A DNA stretch of 64,000 nt from Thiohalocapsa sp. (GTDB lineage Bacteria; Pseudomonadota; Gammaproteobacteria; Chromatiales; Chromatiaceae), in contig JANQFX010000118.1 of NCBI GenBank assembly GCA_028277725.1, positions 241 to 64,240 of the forward strand, written 5' to 3'. Of the stretch, positions 9,432-20,655 are shown piece after piece; the stretch's first letter is position 1; each line of letters begins with the position of its first letter. The notes beneath the pieces were generated by a model that saw nothing but the letters and a program-made list of their open reading frames with translations, searched no databases and had not been told where the DNA came from. Made by a program: the position numbers and the translations under genes.

Positions 9432-11105
9432 TCACGCGTCGCCCGCAAACAACGCCCGCCACAGCAACGCCAGGCTCATCAGCAGCATGGCGCCGGCCAT
9501 GATGGGCAGCAGCAGCGGGTAGTCGGACCGGGGTTCGCCGAAGAGCAGGACGGCTGTGGCCAGTCCAGCGAGCCCGAGCCCGCCGAAGGTCGCGAGCAGC
9601 CGGCGGTTGTTGTCGCCGATGTGGTTGCGGATGGCCTTGAGGTCGCCGGTGGCGCCGTCGGGATTGACGGTCGCCTGGCGCTCCAGCTGGTCGAGGATAC
9701 GCAGCAGCGCGACGGGCACATCGGGCACCTGCTCGGCGATGCTGGGCCAGTGGTGCAGGGTGCGCTGTACCAGCCGCTTGACGCCGACCTGCTCGCGCAT
9801 CCAGCGTTCCATGAAGGGCTTGGCAGTCGTCCAGAGATCGAGCTGCGGGTAGAGCTGGCGGCCGAGCCCCTCGATGTGGATCAGCGTCTTCTCCAGCAGC
9901 ACCAGCTGCGGTTGGATCTCCATGTCGAAGCGGCGCGCGGTCTGGAACAGATTCACCAGGAAGCTGCCGAAGCCGATCTCGGCGATGGGCTTCTCGAAAA
10001 TGGGCTCGCAGACCGTTCGAATGGCGGACTCGAACTCCTCCACCCGCGTCTCATGTGGCACCCAGCCGGACTCCAGGTGCAGCTCCGCGACGCGGCGGTA
10101 GTCGCGGCGGAAGAAGGCGAGCAGGTTTTCGGCCAGATAGCGCTGGTCTTCCTTGGTAAGGGTGCCGACGATGCCGAAGTCCACCGAGATATAGCGGCCG
10201 GACGGCTCGACGAAGATGTTGCCCGGGTGCATGTCGGCGTGGAAGAAGTTGTCCCGGAAGACCTGGGTGAAGAAGATCTCCACGCCGCGGGTGCCGAGCT
10301 GGCGCATGCTCACGCCCTGTGCCTTCAGCTCCTCCACCTTGGACACCGGCGTGCCGTAGATGCGCTCCATCACCATGACGTTGGTGCGCGTCCAGTCCCA
10401 GTACACCTCCGGGATGTAGAGCATTTCGCTGTCGCGGAAGTTGCGCCGCAGCTGCGAAGCGTTGGCGGCCTCACGCTGCAGGTTCAGCTCGTCGAGGATG
10501 GTCTTCTCGTACTCGCGTACCACCTCCACCGGGCGCAGCCGGCGGCCGTCCGGCCAGTAGCGCTGGGCGAGGCCGGCGAAGACGTACATGAGTTGCACGT
10601 CGCGGCGGATGGTCTTCTCGATGCCGGGGCGCAATACCTTGACGATGACCTGCTTGGTCTCGCCGCGCTCCAGCTTGAGCTCGGCGGTGTGGACCTGGGC
10701 GATGGACGCGGAGGCGAGCGGCGTCTCGTCGAAGGCCTCCAGCACCGACTCGATGGGCCGGCCCCATGCCGCCTCGATCAGGGCTCGCGCCTCGGGACCG
10801 GGGAAGGGCGGCACCCGGTCCTGGAGCTTGGCCAATTCCTCGGCCATGTCCTCGGGCAGCAGGTCGACGCGCGTCGAGAGGAGCTGCCCGAATTTGATGA
10901 AGATCGGCCCCAGCTCCTCCAGCGCGAGCCGGATTCGCACGGGGTAGGGCGGCAGGTCGCGCTTGATCCAGTTCCAAGGGGCCAGATAGACGACGAACCG
11001 CAGGGGGCTCAGCACGGGGATGGACGCGATGGCCTCGTCGAGCCCGTGCTTCAACAGCACGAAGTTGATGTGCAGCAGACGCAGGGTCTGCGGAATGCGA
11101 AGCAT
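9432..11105 (-). CDS. ubiB: Ubiquinone biosynthesis regulatory kinase UbiB
   Basis: Motifs [25 protein letters not shown] and HADMHPGN. Lies in the ubiEJB operon. Confidence 0.95.
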   Translation of the reverse strand: MLRIPQTLRLLHINFVLLKHGLDEAIASIPVLSPLRFVVYLAPWNWIKRDLPPYPVRIRLALEELGPIFIKFGQLLSTRVDLLPEDMAEELAKLQDRVPPFPGPEARALIEAAWGRPIESVLEAFDETPLASASIAQVHTAELKLERGETKQVIVKVLRPGIEKTIRRDVQLMYVFAGLAQRYWPDGRRLRPVEVVREYEKTILDELNLQREAANASQLRRNFRDSEMLYIPEVYWDWTRTNVMVMERIYGTPVSKVEELKAQGVSMRQLGTRGVEIFFTQVFRDNFFHADMHPGNIFVEPSGRYISVDFGIVGTLTKEDQRYLAENLLAFFRRDYRRVAELHLESGWVPHETRVEEFESAIRTVCEPIFEKPIAEIGFGSFLVNLFQTARRFDMEIQPQLVLLEKTLIHIEGLGRQLYPQLDLWTTAKPFMERWMREQVGVKRLVQRTLHHWPSIAEQVPDVPVALLRILDQLERQATVNPDGATGDLKAIRNHIGDNNRRLLATFGGLGLAGLATAVLLFGEPRSDYPLLLPIMAGAMLLMSLALLWRALFAGDA

Positions 11106-11254
11106 GGCGGCGTTGTGGTCCTTGTGCGGGGCTGGCGCGGTAGGCTGGCGGGTTGTCGTGTGCAGGCGGTGCGGCCGGTGTGATGGGCGACCGGGTCAGC
11201 CGGGTCGAGCGTGTTTGTCGTGCTTCGGCGCCGCTGCAATAGAACCCCGGCTGG

Positions 11255-11926
11255 TCAGCCCCGACGCTGCGTCGCCAGCCGCTCGATGCGGGCGGCCAGG
11301 CGTTCGACGTCGTCGCGCGCGGTGTCGACCGCGGCGTAGAATGCCTGGAGTTCTGCACGGCTGGGCAGCACGGCAGCCTCCTGCTGGAGGTAGTCGCGCA
11401 GATTCTCGCGCGCGACGTCGCCGCTGCGATCGGCCCAGTCGCCGCCGGCGCGGGCGCGGGTCATGAGCCGGTGTGCCAGGGTGTCGCCCAGGAGCTTGGA
11501 AAGCAGCTCCTCCCAATCGATGTCGAGCGCGCGGAAGACCTCGCCGATGGCCTGGGCCACGCTGTTATCGCCGTCGATCTGGATGCCGCCCTCGAACACC
11601 GCGTCTTCGCGGTGTTCGGCCGTGACCATGGATAAGAGCGCGACCGGGCTGCCACGCACGATGCAATCCGGCTCGGCCTCGTAGTCGCCGTAGAGGAACA
11701 GCCTGGATTCGCCGGGCACCACGTAGACGCGGGTGCCGAATCCGGTGAGCTCCACCAGCAGCACCCGACCCTGCACGGCCTGAAGGCGGGCGGCGCCCTC
11801 GCGGTCCAACTCAAGCAGGGCGTTCACGGCGCCCTCGGCGGCCGCTAGCAGGGGATTGGGTACCGGGATGCCGGTGCCCTCCGAGGCGGTGCCGGCAGGG
11901 GCGTCGTCGTCGAATGCGTCGCTCAC
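11255..11926 (-). CDS. ubiJ: Ubiquinone biosynthesis accessory factor UbiJ (SCP2 domain)
   Basis: '[16 protein letters not shown]' and a C-terminal coiled coil. Lies between ubiE and ubiB. Confidence 0.9.
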   Translation of the reverse strand: MSDAFDDDAPAGTASEGTGIPVPNPLLAAAEGAVNALLELDREGAARLQAVQGRVLLVELTGFGTRVYVVPGESRLFLYGDYEAEPDCIVRGSPVALLSMVTAEHREDAVFEGGIQIDGDNSVAQAIGEVFRALDIDWEELLSKLLGDTLAHRLMTRARAGGDWADRSGDVARENLRDYLQQEAAVLPSRAELQAFYAAVDTARDDVERLAARIERLATQRRG

Positions 11927-12669
11927 AGCTTGTATCCACGGTGGATGGCGACGATGCCGCCGGTGTGGTTCTCGTAGCTGGCGCGCTCGAACCCGGCCTG
12001 CTCCATCATGCCGAGCAGGGTTTCCTGGTCCGGGTGCATGCGGATGGACTCGGCCAGGTAGCGATAGCTCGCGGAGTCCCCGGCGACGAGGCGCCCGAGC
12101 GTCGGCAGCACGGCGAAGGAGTAGGCGTCATAGGCCTTTTCCAGGGGCTTGGTGGTGGGGTGCGAGAACTCCAGCACCAGCGCCCGCCCGCCCGGGCGCA
12201 ACACGCGGTACATCTCGTTCAGCGCCAGCTGCTTGTGCGTGACGTTGCGCAGCCCGAAGGCGATGGTGACGCAATCGAAGCTGTTGCTGGCGAACGGCAG
12301 CTGTTCGGCGTTGGCCAGCGCATAGTCGAGGTTGCCGACCACGCCGGCGTCGACCAGTCGTTCGCGTCCCTGGCTGAGCATGGCCCGGTTGATGTCCGAC
12401 ATCACCACCAGCCCCTCGGCGCCGACGATGCGCGCGAAGCGTTCGGCCAGGTCGCCGGTGCCGGCAGCCAGGTCCAGCACCCGCTGGCCGCGGCGCACAC
12501 CGGCCATCTCGATGGCGCGGCGCTTCCAGAGGCGGTGGATGCCGAGCGACATCAGGTCGTTCATGAGGTCGTAGCGGGATGCGACGGAGTCGAACACGGC
12601 GCGGACGCGGTCCTGTTTCTCCTCGACCGGGACTTCCTCGTAGCCGAAATGGGTCTTCTCGTCGGTCAT
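11923..12669 (-). CDS. ubiE: Demethylmenaquinone/ubiquinone C-methyltransferase UbiE
   Basis: Motifs [31 protein letters not shown] and FGLRNVT. Confidence 0.97.
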   Translation of the reverse strand: MTDEKTHFGYEEVPVEEKQDRVRAVFDSVASRYDLMNDLMSLGIHRLWKRRAIEMAGVRRGQRVLDLAAGTGDLAERFARIVGAEGLVVMSDINRAMLSQGRERLVDAGVVGNLDYALANAEQLPFASNSFDCVTIAFGLRNVTHKQLALNEMYRVLRPGGRALVLEFSHPTTKPLEKAYDAYSFAVLPTLGRLVAGDSASYRYLAESIRMHPDQETLLGMMEQAGFERASYENHTGGIVAIHRGYKL

Positions 12670-12910
12670 GGGCTGGGGTGCTGGCGAATGGAATGGGTCA
12701 TTGTAACCGCGTCCGCGTCAGGGTCGAATGCGGAGCATCAGTCGGCGGCGGTGCCTCAGGGAGACGCCGACAACCGGCCGTTCATGGCCGACATCGCCAG
12801 GGAAGCACAAGGCGTGGTTTTCGCTTCCGTCCATCTTCAGCGACGCGCGTCGCCAAAGAACCTTGGGACATCCTGGCGCACACGGAAAATGCCGATAACA
12901 CAGGGCTCTT

Positions 12911-13273
12911 TCAGGACGGGCGCTGTCTGCGCGTGTAGCCGGCCTTCTCCAACTCGTTGAGGTAGTCCGACCAGAGCCCCTCCTGGTTCTTGCCAAGGCT
13001 GTAGAGGTACTCCCAGGAGTAGATGCCGGTGTTGTGCTCGTCATCGAAGTGCAGGCAGACGGCATAGTTGCCCACCGGTTCGATCTTGTCGATGTTCACC
13101 TCTTCCTTACCCGTCTGCAGCACGCGTTGGCCGGGGCCGTGGCCCTGGACCTCGGCGGATGGCGAGTAGACCCGCAGCAGCTCGACCGGCAGCGAAAAAT
13201 GGGCGCCATCGTCGAATGTGACTTCCAGCACCCGCGAGGCGCGGTGCAGGTTGAACTCGGTCGGGGTGGGCAT
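12911..13273 (-). CDS. DUF971 / gamma-butyrobetaine hydroxylase-like N-terminal domain protein
   Basis: Motifs 'ELLRVYSPSAEVQGH', 'PVGNYAV' and 'FDDEHNTGIYSWEYL'. Confidence 0.9.
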   Translation of the reverse strand: MPTPTEFNLHRASRVLEVTFDDGAHFSLPVELLRVYSPSAEVQGHGPGQRVLQTGKEEVNIDKIEPVGNYAVCLHFDDEHNTGIYSWEYLYSLGKNQEGLWSDYLNELEKAGYTRRQRPS

Positions 13274-13470
13274 GGACTGACTCCTGAATCGTTATCTCGA
13301 ACAGCCGATCAAATGGGTCGAGCCGGCATCGCTGTCAATGACGGCGAAGTGCCAGCTACCTCTAGGGTGGACAAGCGTCGAGACTGTGAAGGTATTCCTG
13401 AACTCGGTGGTTTCGCGCTTCCAGAGTAGGATGGGCAAGGCGTAGCGTGCCCGATCTTTCAATGCTCGCT

Positions 13471-14700
13471 CTAGCCGAGGCGCGCACGCAGGTCGCGCCG
13501 CGCGAAACCGCACCATTCATCGGCCGGCGGCTCCAGCTCCCGACTCAGCGCCAACACCTGGAAGCGCTCGCCCATGGCCGAGGGCAGCACCAGCTGCTTG
13601 GCCGCGGCGGCCAGGCCGAGCATGTCCTCAGGTCGAGTGCAGGCGATCTGCAGGTGCCGGTCGAGCCCGCAGCCGAGCAGGAAGTTGGCCTGGGTGGTGT
13701 AGCCCGCCAGCTCAAGGCCCGCGGCCGTGCCGGCCTCCGCCACCGCCGTGAAGTCGACGTGCGCGGTGATGTCCTGCAGACCGAGGTTGGCGTAGGGGTC
13801 GGCGTGGGCGCGATGGCGGTGGTAGCACATCAGGGTGCCGCCGCGGCGCTCCGGCAAATAGTACTCCCGGCGCGGGTAACCGTAATCGATCATGAGCACC
13901 ATGCCGGCGCTTAGGTGGTCGGACAGCATCCGGAACCAGGGGCCGAGCCGCAGGTTGACCTCGGAGCAGTAGCCATCGCCCGACCGTGCATCGGTATCGG
14001 CACCGGACTCGCGATCAGTCCCGAGCATCGCCGGTAGCCCCAATGCCGCGACGGCCTCCGTCAGGCCGGCCGAGACCGGCGCAGCGCGCAGCTCGCGAGG
14101 GCCCTGGTCGGTCCACTGGACCAGGACCTCGTCGATCTGCCGTCCCCGCAGACAGAAGCGGTGCACGGGCATGGCATCCAGCACCTCGTTGGCGAGGATC
14201 AGGCCGCGCAGGTCCGTCGGCGGCTCGGCGACCCAGTGCACACGGGCGAGCTGCTCCGGTGCCCGCTCGGCGAGCAGGCGCCGCTGCCGTTCGGCCAGGT
14301 CCGGGCTCGGCTCCAGGATCAGATAACGCCCCGGCGACTGTCCCAGGTCCGCTAATGTGTTCAGCAACTCCGCGGCCAGGGCGCCGGTACCAGCACCGAA
14401 CTCGAGGATGTCGCCGCCGCTCAGGGCGCTCAGGACCTCGGCACACTGGGTCGCGACGCAGCGTCCGAACAATGGGGACAGCTCGGGGGCCGTGACAAAG
14501 TCGCCCTGCGCCCCCAGCTTCGCGGCTCCGGCGGCGTAGTAGCCGAGCCCTGGCGCATAGAGGGCGAGGTCCATGAAACGGTCGAAGGGCAACGCGCCGC
14601 CCGCCGCCTCGATCTGTTCGCGGATCAGGGCGCCCAGGCGCTCGCTGTGCTGCTCTCCAGGGTCGGGGGCGTCGTCCGATAAGGCTGCGTGATCGATCAT
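13471..14700 (-). CDS. SAM-dependent methyltransferase, MidA/NDUFAF7 (DUF185) family
   Basis: Motifs 'FMDLALY', 'GDFVTAPE', 'EFGAGTG', 'ANEVLDAMP', 'IDYG' and 'QDITAHVDF'. Confidence 0.9.
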   Translation of the reverse strand: MIDHAALSDDAPDPGEQHSERLGALIREQIEAAGGALPFDRFMDLALYAPGLGYYAAGAAKLGAQGDFVTAPELSPLFGRCVATQCAEVLSALSGGDILEFGAGTGALAAELLNTLADLGQSPGRYLILEPSPDLAERQRRLLAERAPEQLARVHWVAEPPTDLRGLILANEVLDAMPVHRFCLRGRQIDEVLVQWTDQGPRELRAAPVSAGLTEAVAALGLPAMLGTDRESGADTDARSGDGYCSEVNLRLGPWFRMLSDHLSAGMVLMIDYGYPRREYYLPERRGGTLMCYHRHRAHADPYANLGLQDITAHVDFTAVAEAGTAAGLELAGYTTQANFLLGCGLDRHLQIACTRPEDMLGLAAAAKQLVLPSAMGERFQVLALSRELEPPADEWCGFARRDLRARLG

Positions 14701-14897
14701 GGCTGCACGTCGCTGCGGTGGGAGGTCGCCGAGCCTGTGGTGCGGCAGGGCTGCATCGGCAGTGTAGAACAACGGACACGCCGCCCGAGGCGCCGAATCG
14801 GCCCGACCGGCCCGAGGTCGACGCCCGTACAATCCCTCTCGAGTCGCGCGGCACCGCCGATGGCGGGCGCGCGGTCAAATGTCAGACCAGGTGAGTC

Positions 14898-15398
14898 ATG
14901 AGCAACGACGACAAGGCCCTGCTGCACCCCGGCGGCGCCCGCAGCTCCCCGTATCCCACCAGCCGACTGGCGCCGGCCTTCGAGGCACCGGAGCTGGCGG
15001 AGGAGATCGCCCGCGCCGAGTCCATGCTCAGCGCCCGCACCGGCGCCAAGCTGCGCGTGATCGCGGATCAGATCAAGGCACTGCAGGCGGAGGCGCGCAA
15101 GGTCCTGACCGAGGCCCGAGAGGAGCAGTCCCTGACCCACGCCGAATGCACCTTCAAGCGCATTCCGGGCAAGGTCTATCACCTGTACCGCAAGGGCACC
15201 GGCGGCACCTTCTTCTCGATGCTGTCGCCGGAGGACTGGCGCGGCGTGCCGCCGCATGAGCACCTGGGCGCCTATCGCCTGGAGACCGACTACTCCTGGA
15301 CCGCCGCGGAGCGGCTCCACGAGCACGACGACACCGGCGAGGTGGTGCAGCAGTTGTTGCGCATCGGCGGCATCCGCGGGGCCGAGGGCCCAGGCTGA
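14898..15398 (+). CDS. DUF2452-like protein
   Basis: 'SPYPTSRL', a coiled coil, 'FKRIPGKVYHLY' and 'SMLSPEDW'. Confidence 0.7.
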   Translation: MSNDDKALLHPGGARSSPYPTSRLAPAFEAPELAEEIARAESMLSARTGAKLRVIADQIKALQAEARKVLTEAREEQSLTHAECTFKRIPGKVYHLYRKGTGGTFFSMLSPEDWRGVPPHEHLGAYRLETDYSWTAAERLHEHDDTGEVVQQLLRIGGIRGAEGPG

Positions 15399-15546
15399 AC
15401 GTCCGAAGCAAAGTCGATCTCGCCTCGCCGCCCCCTCGCTGTCTCGTCACCCCTCACTGTCTCCCTCGTGGCGCCTCGCGGCATGACCGCCTGAGGTCGC
15501 CCGAGCCCGGGTTGGATGCAGGGGGCTGCCCGAACCAGGAGCCGTC

Positions 15547-16311
15547 ATGACCAACGCCAGTCTCGATGTCCCCATGGCCCCCGCGCTGACACACGGGCGG
15601 CGGTTCCAATACTACGACTTGATCATGGTCGGGTTCGTGACCGTGCTCTTGTGTTCCAACCTCATCGGCCCCGCCAAGGTATGCCTGATCCCGCTGCCGT
15701 TCTCGGTGCCGGGCATCGGCGAGAGCCTGTCCTTCGGTGCGGGCAACCTGTTCTTCCCCATCAGCTACATCTTCGGCGACATCCTCACCGAGGTGTACGG
15801 CTACGCCCGTGCGCGGCGGGTCATCTGGGCCGGGTTCTTCGCGCTGCTGTTCGCGTCGTTGATGTCGGCCATCATCATCGGCCTGCCGGCGGACCCGAAC
15901 GAGCCCTTCAACGCGGCGTTGCAGCCGGCGCTGGAGACCGTGTTCGGCAACACCTGGCGCATCGTGCTCGCATCCATCGTCGCCTTCTGGGTCGGCGATT
16001 TCGTCAATTCGTACGTCATGGCGAAGATGAAGGTCTGGACCCGCGGCAAGTACCTCTGGACCCGCACCATCGGCTCCACCGTGGCGGGGCAGGGCGCCGA
16101 CAGCCTGCTGTTCTACCCCATCGCCTTCCTCGGCATCTGGTCGGCGGAGAGCATCTTCGCCGTGATCCTGTTCAACTTCGGCTTCAAGGTGCTGCTGGAG
16201 GCACTGATGACGCCGGTGACCTACCGTGTGGTCGGTTTCCTGAAGCGCGCCGAGGGCGTTGACATCTACGACCGCGGCACCGACTTCACCCCCTTCTCGT
16301 TAAGGGATTGA
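15547..16311 (+). CDS. Queuosine precursor transporter (VUT/YhhQ family)
   Basis: Motifs 'FFPISYIFGDILTEVYG' and 'RTIGSTVAGQGADS'; multi-TM; AGGAG RBS. Confidence 0.88.
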   Translation: MTNASLDVPMAPALTHGRRFQYYDLIMVGFVTVLLCSNLIGPAKVCLIPLPFSVPGIGESLSFGAGNLFFPISYIFGDILTEVYGYARARRVIWAGFFALLFASLMSAIIIGLPADPNEPFNAALQPALETVFGNTWRIVLASIVAFWVGDFVNSYVMAKMKVWTRGKYLWTRTIGSTVAGQGADSLLFYPIAFLGIWSAESIFAVILFNFGFKVLLEALMTPVTYRVVGFLKRAEGVDIYDRGTDFTPFSLRD

Positions 16312-16317
16312 TTCCGC

Positions 16318-17085
16318 ATGTCCAACAGTCAATATCGCCCCGCCGCCCTGGTCACGGGTGCGGCCCATCGGCTCGGGCGTGAGTTCGCGCTCGCGCTCGC
16401 CGACATGGGGCACGACATCGCCCTGCATTACCACAGCTCCCTCGAGTCCGCCGAGTCCACCGCGGGGGAATTGCGCGAACGAGGCGCCGAGGTCGACCTG
16501 CTGCCCTGCGACCTGTCGCGGCATGCCGACCTGCCGGGGCTCGTCGAGCGGGCCAGGGCGCGTTTTCCGCACCTGTCGGTGCTGGTCAACAGCGCCTCGC
16601 GCTATGCCGCCGGTAACCTGGCCAGCACCCGGCCGGAGACGGTCTTCGATCAGTTCGCCGTCAACCTGGTCGCGCCCATGGAGCTGATGCGCGCCTTCGC
16701 GGCCGATTCGGAGAGCGGCTGCATCATCAATATCATCGACAACAAGGTCGCCTACGCCCAGTACGATTACGCGGCCTACCTGTTGTCGAAGAAGAGCCTG
16801 GCCGAGGCGACGCGCATGGCGGCCCTGGAATACGCCCCGCGTGTGCGCGTGAATGGGATCTCGCCCGGTGTGGTCATGCCCATGTCCAGCCGCACCGAGG
16901 ACTACCTGCGCTGGCGCCTGGACGGCATCCCGTTGAAGCGCCAGGGGGAGCCGGCCAACCTATGCCGTGCGCTGCGCTATCTGGTCGAGAACGACTTCGT
17001 TACCGGCCAGATCCTTACGGTGGACGGCGGCGAGGGCATGTTTCAGGTCGGACGCCACTCCGAGAACTACCCGGGGGACGCATGA
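16318..17085 (+). CDS. Pteridine reductase / FolM-like SDR
   Basis: Motifs TGAAHRLG, HYHSS, LVNSAS, YLLSK (YxxxK) and 'RVNGISPG'. Coupled to folK. Confidence 0.8.
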   Translation: MSNSQYRPAALVTGAAHRLGREFALALADMGHDIALHYHSSLESAESTAGELRERGAEVDLLPCDLSRHADLPGLVERARARFPHLSVLVNSASRYAAGNLASTRPETVFDQFAVNLVAPMELMRAFAADSESGCIINIIDNKVAYAQYDYAAYLLSKKSLAEATRMAALEYAPRVRVNGISPGVVMPMSSRTEDYLRWRLDGIPLKRQGEPANLCRALRYLVENDFVTGQILTVDGGEGMFQVGRHSENYPGDA

Positions 17086-17537
17086 TCGCGGGATCAATGA
17101 CCGGGCCTATTACGGCCCCGACGATGAAGACGGGCAGCGCGGCCCACACGGCGCTGATCTCGGTGGGGTCCAACATCGAGCCCGTCCGGCACATCGAGCG
17201 CGCGCGCGCCATCGTCGCCGTCGAGCAGAGGCTGTTGGACGAGGCGCGGGTGATCCAAACGCGTCCGCAGGGTTACCTGGACCAGCCGGACTTCCTCAAC
17301 GGGGCCTGGCTGCTGGAGACCAGGATGAGGCGCGAGGAGTTCATGGCCTACCTCAAGGGGGTCGAGGCCAGGCTCGGGCGCAAGCGCGGCGCCATCAAGG
17401 CGGGCCCGCGGGTCATCGACCTGGATCTGATCGGCTGGGATGGCCGGGTCGTGCACGACGACTACCCGTCCAAGTCCTACGTGGTCGGCCCCATCGACGA
17501 GCTGCTGGACCGCCAGGGTCTGACTTTGGAGGGCTGA
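17082..17537 (+). CDS. folK: 2-amino-4-hydroxy-6-hydroxymethyldihydropteridine diphosphokinase
   Basis: Motifs 'SVGSNI', 'QPDFLN' and 'GPRVIDLD'. ATGA overlap with the upstream gene; exact start uncertain. Confidence 0.88.
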   Translation: MIAGSMTGPITAPTMKTGSAAHTALISVGSNIEPVRHIERARAIVAVEQRLLDEARVIQTRPQGYLDQPDFLNGAWLLETRMRREEFMAYLKGVEARLGRKRGAIKAGPRVIDLDLIGWDGRVVHDDYPSKSYVVGPIDELLDRQGLTLEG

Positions 17538-17577
17538 GTGGCGTCGCAGCGGAGTCCCGCAATCAACGCCTGCCGCT

Positions 17578-17644
17578 GTCTGTTGCCGAATCGTTGTCGT
17601 CATCGCAGTCGGACGTTCGATGGCGACTACGACAACGAACAGAC
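17578..17644. repeat. Inverted-repeat element of the GTTGTCG family (copy 1)
   Basis: TCGTTGTCGTCATCGC (17591-17606) pairs with GCGACTACGACAACGA (17623-17638). Lies between convergent folK and folB. Confidence 0.6.
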
Positions 17645-17705
17645 GCTGACGACAAAGGCATGCCGCGCAGACGGTGGATCCTTCGGCCTGTTCGCGAACT
17701 CTCCG

Positions 17706-18065
17706 TCAGTCCGGTCTGCGGCCCCGCTCGATGACCACGCCGACGCCGGCCGCGTGCTCGATGGCGTCGACCTTGTTCAGCCGGATGCGTACCCAGGGCA
17801 CACCGAACTCGCCGAGCACGATGCCGGCGCAACCCTCGGCCAGGGTCTCGACCAGGCGGAAGCTGGCGGTGCCGACGAACTCGCGCAGGCGCTCCGAGAC
17901 GGCGTGGTAGTCCAAGGCGTCCTCGATGCGGTCCGTCGCGGCGGCGCGGGCGGTGTCGGCGGCCATTTCGATGTCCAGCACCACCGGCTGCCGGATCTCG
18001 CGCTCCCAGTCGTAGACGCCGACGATGGTCTCGATGCGCAGTTCGCGCAGGAACACGATGTCCAT
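17706..18065 (-). CDS. folB: Dihydroneopterin aldolase
   Basis: MDIVFLRELRIETIVGVYDWER...ALDY...LVETLAE...VGVVIER. Confidence 0.95.
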   Translation of the reverse strand: MDIVFLRELRIETIVGVYDWEREIRQPVVLDIEMAADTARAAATDRIEDALDYHAVSERLREFVGTASFRLVETLAEGCAGIVLGEFGVPWVRIRLNKVDAIEHAAGVGVVIERGRRPD

Positions 18066-18194
18066 GGGATCTCCTTCGGGGGCTTCATGTCTGGATAGGC
18101 GGTGATGGCTTGGGGCTCGGGTACTACCCCCGATTGCGGGCGACGGGCAGCTCGGCCTTGACCGGACGCCCCGCAGACAGTCCAATGCGGCGCC

Positions 18195-18842
18195 ATGAAC
18201 AGCATACCCATTCTCGCCGGCGCCCTGGTCATCGGGGCCTATCTGCTCGGCTCCGTCTCCAGCGCCATCATCGTCTGCCGCGCCATGGGCCTTCCGGACC
18301 CCCGGACCCAGGGCTCCAACAACCCCGGCGCCACCAATGTGCTGCGCATCGGCGGCGCCAGGGCCAAGCCCGCCGCCGCCATCACGCTGGCCGGCGACAT
18401 GCTCAAGGGCCTGCTGCCGATGCTCGTGGCGCACGCCGTCGGGGCCGAGCCGCTTACCCTGGCGCTGGTGGGCATCGCCGCCTTCGTCGGGCACCTGTTC
18501 CCCGTATTCTTCGGCTTCCGCGGCGGCAAGGGCGTCGCCACGGCGATGGGCGTACAGTTCGGGCTCTACTGGCCCATCGGCGCCGCCACCGCGGCGGTGT
18601 GGCTGTTCGTCGCCAAGGTACTCAAGATCTCCTCCATCTCGGCGCTGCTGTCCATGGCACTGGCGCCGGTCTTCGTCTGGTTCTTCTGGCCTGACCCCAA
18701 GCTGATCGGCATGCAGATCGTCATCACGGGCCTGTTGTTCCTCCGCCACCGCGAGAACATCCGCCGCCTGATCCGCGGCGACGAGGCGGCAATCGGCACC
18801 GCTGAAGAACCGGGCACCGAGGCGCAGGCGGCGCGGGACTAG
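18195..18842 (+). CDS. plsY: Glycerol-3-phosphate acyltransferase PlsY
   Basis: Motifs [33 protein letters not shown] and HRENI. Confidence 0.96.
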   Translation: MNSIPILAGALVIGAYLLGSVSSAIIVCRAMGLPDPRTQGSNNPGATNVLRIGGARAKPAAAITLAGDMLKGLLPMLVAHAVGAEPLTLALVGIAAFVGHLFPVFFGFRGGKGVATAMGVQFGLYWPIGAATAAVWLFVAKVLKISSISALLSMALAPVFVWFFWPDPKLIGMQIVITGLLFLRHRENIRRLIRGDEAAIGTAEEPGTEAQAARD

Positions 18843-19885
18843 CCCGTCTGGGCTTCCACGCCGATGCCGGGCAGGCTGTCCAGCGGCCAGCGCGGTCGGG
18901 CGGTGAAGGTCAGCGGTTCTTGCTCACCGGCCGCGAGCCGCTGATAGCCGGCAAAGGCAATCATCGCGCCGTTGTCGGTGCAGAGTTCCGGCCGAGGATA
19001 GAAGGCGCGCCCGCCGCGGCCCGCCATCATCTCGTCCATGCGCGCGCGCAGCCGCCGGTTGGCGCTGACACCGCCGGCCAGGATCAGGCGCTCGACGCCG
19101 GCCGCCTGCACGGCGCGTCGGCACTTGATGACCAGCGTCTCCACCACCGCGTCCTCGAAGGCGCGGGCGATGTCGGCCTTGGCCTGCTCGGTGTCCGTGC
19201 GGCTGGCGAGCTCGTCGCGCACCGCGTTGAGCGCGAAGGTCTTGAGCCCGCTGAAGCTGAAGTCGAGCCCTGGGCGGTCGGTCATGGGACGCGGGAAGAC
19301 ATAGCGCCCGGGCTCGCCCAGTTCGGCCAGCTTTGCCAGGGCCGGTCCACCGGGGTAGGGCAGGCCGAGGATCTTCGCGGTCTTGTCGAAGGCCTCGCCG
19401 GCGGCGTCGTCCACCGACTCGCCGAGCAGCCGATAGCGCCCGACGCCCTCCACCTGCACCAGCTGTGTGTGGCCGCCGGAAACCAGCAGCGCCAAGAACG
19501 GAAACGCCGGCGTCGGCTCTTCCAGTAGTGGCGCGAGCAGGTGACCCTCCATGTGGTGGACGCCGATGGAGGGTACGCCCCAGCCCCAGGCGAGGCTGCG
19601 CCCGAGGCCCGCGCCCACGAGCAGGGCGCCCACCAGGCCGGGCCCGGCGGTGTAGGCGACGCCGTCGATGTCCGCCGGTGCCGAGTCGGCCCGGGCCATG
19701 ACCAACCGGATCAGCGGCGTCAGCCTTCGGATGTGGTCGCGTGAGGCCAGCTCCGGTACCACGCCGCCGTAGGCCGCATGCAGATCCACCTGGCTATGGA
19801 CCTCGTGCGCGAGCAACCCCGCGTCGCCGTCGTAGATCGCGACGCCGGTCTCGTCGCAGGAGGTTTCGATGCCGAGTACGCGCAT
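18839..19885 (-). CDS. tsaD: tRNA threonylcarbamoyltransferase TsaD
   Basis: Motifs [30 protein letters not shown] and DNGAMIA. Confidence 0.97.
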   Translation of the reverse strand: MRVLGIETSCDETGVAIYDGDAGLLAHEVHSQVDLHAAYGGVVPELASRDHIRRLTPLIRLVMARADSAPADIDGVAYTAGPGLVGALLVGAGLGRSLAWGWGVPSIGVHHMEGHLLAPLLEEPTPAFPFLALLVSGGHTQLVQVEGVGRYRLLGESVDDAAGEAFDKTAKILGLPYPGGPALAKLAELGEPGRYVFPRPMTDRPGLDFSFSGLKTFALNAVRDELASRTDTEQAKADIARAFEDAVVETLVIKCRRAVQAAGVERLILAGGVSANRRLRARMDEMMAGRGGRAFYPRPELCTDNGAMIAFAGYQRLAAGEQEPLTFTARPRWPLDSLPGIGVEAQTG

Positions 19886-20165
19886 GCGCTTAAACCTGGA
19901 TGGAGTAGTTGGACGGCCTTCACCGAGTGGGTGAGTTGTCGATCAGCGACCGAGATCCGGGCAGCGCAAGTGCTTACAAATGGCGTGGAGCGGTCAACTG
20001 CTCTATCTAGGTTAACGCCCTTCGCCGAGTCGAGTATCATCTCGTGTTGGCAAACACTTGCCAGCGCGACGCTGCAGAGGCGATAATGCGAGATTACGCA
20101 CGCGTAATCCACGCCAAATCGACGTCAACAACGCGCCCGAACGGGCCATCTGTTAAGGATTGTTC

Positions 20166-20381
20166 ATGCCCAGCGTCCGCATCAAAGATAACGAGCCGTT
20201 CGAGGTCGCCCTGCGACGCTTCAAGCGCTCCTGCGAAAAGGCCGGTGTCCTCGCCGAGGTTCGTCGCCGCGAGTTCTACGAAAAGCCCACCGCCGAGCGC
20301 AAGCGCAAGAAGGCGGCCGCGGTGAAGCGCCACCACAAGAAGCTCTCCCGCGAGTCCCGGCGCTGGGAACGGCCGTACTAA
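20166..20381 (+). CDS. rpsU: 30S ribosomal protein S21
   Basis: [41 protein letters not shown]. Confidence 0.97.
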   Translation: MPSVRIKDNEPFEVALRRFKRSCEKAGVLAEVRRREFYEKPTAERKRKKAAAVKRHHKKLSRESRRWERPY

Positions 20382-20655
20382 CGCCGACCCGGAGCATCCT
20401 GTCCGGGTTGGCACGTGTCAATCGATACAGGCTGCCGTAGGTCGGGCTGAGGCACGAAGCCCGACGGCCCGCGCCGACATCAAGCCAAATCTGCCCACCC
20501 TTGAGCGTTTCGGCGCTCGTCGCCCCGGATTGGTCCCTCTCGTCGGGCCTCTTGCGTCGGCCCGACCTATGGCGTGCGACCGGCGCTGGGGTATCGCCGC
20601 GATGAACGCCCTCACCGATCATCGGCCGAGCCCGTCTCCGGCCGTGGAGATTGCT

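Noticed and set aside
13292-13516. 74-aa minus-strand ORF in a lower-GC spacer
   Set aside because: It overlaps the methyltransferase end, has no clear RBS and no recognisable family.
15399-15546. preQ1 riboswitch upstream of the YhhQ-like gene
   Set aside because: No preQ1-I stem-loop or A-rich tail is visible.
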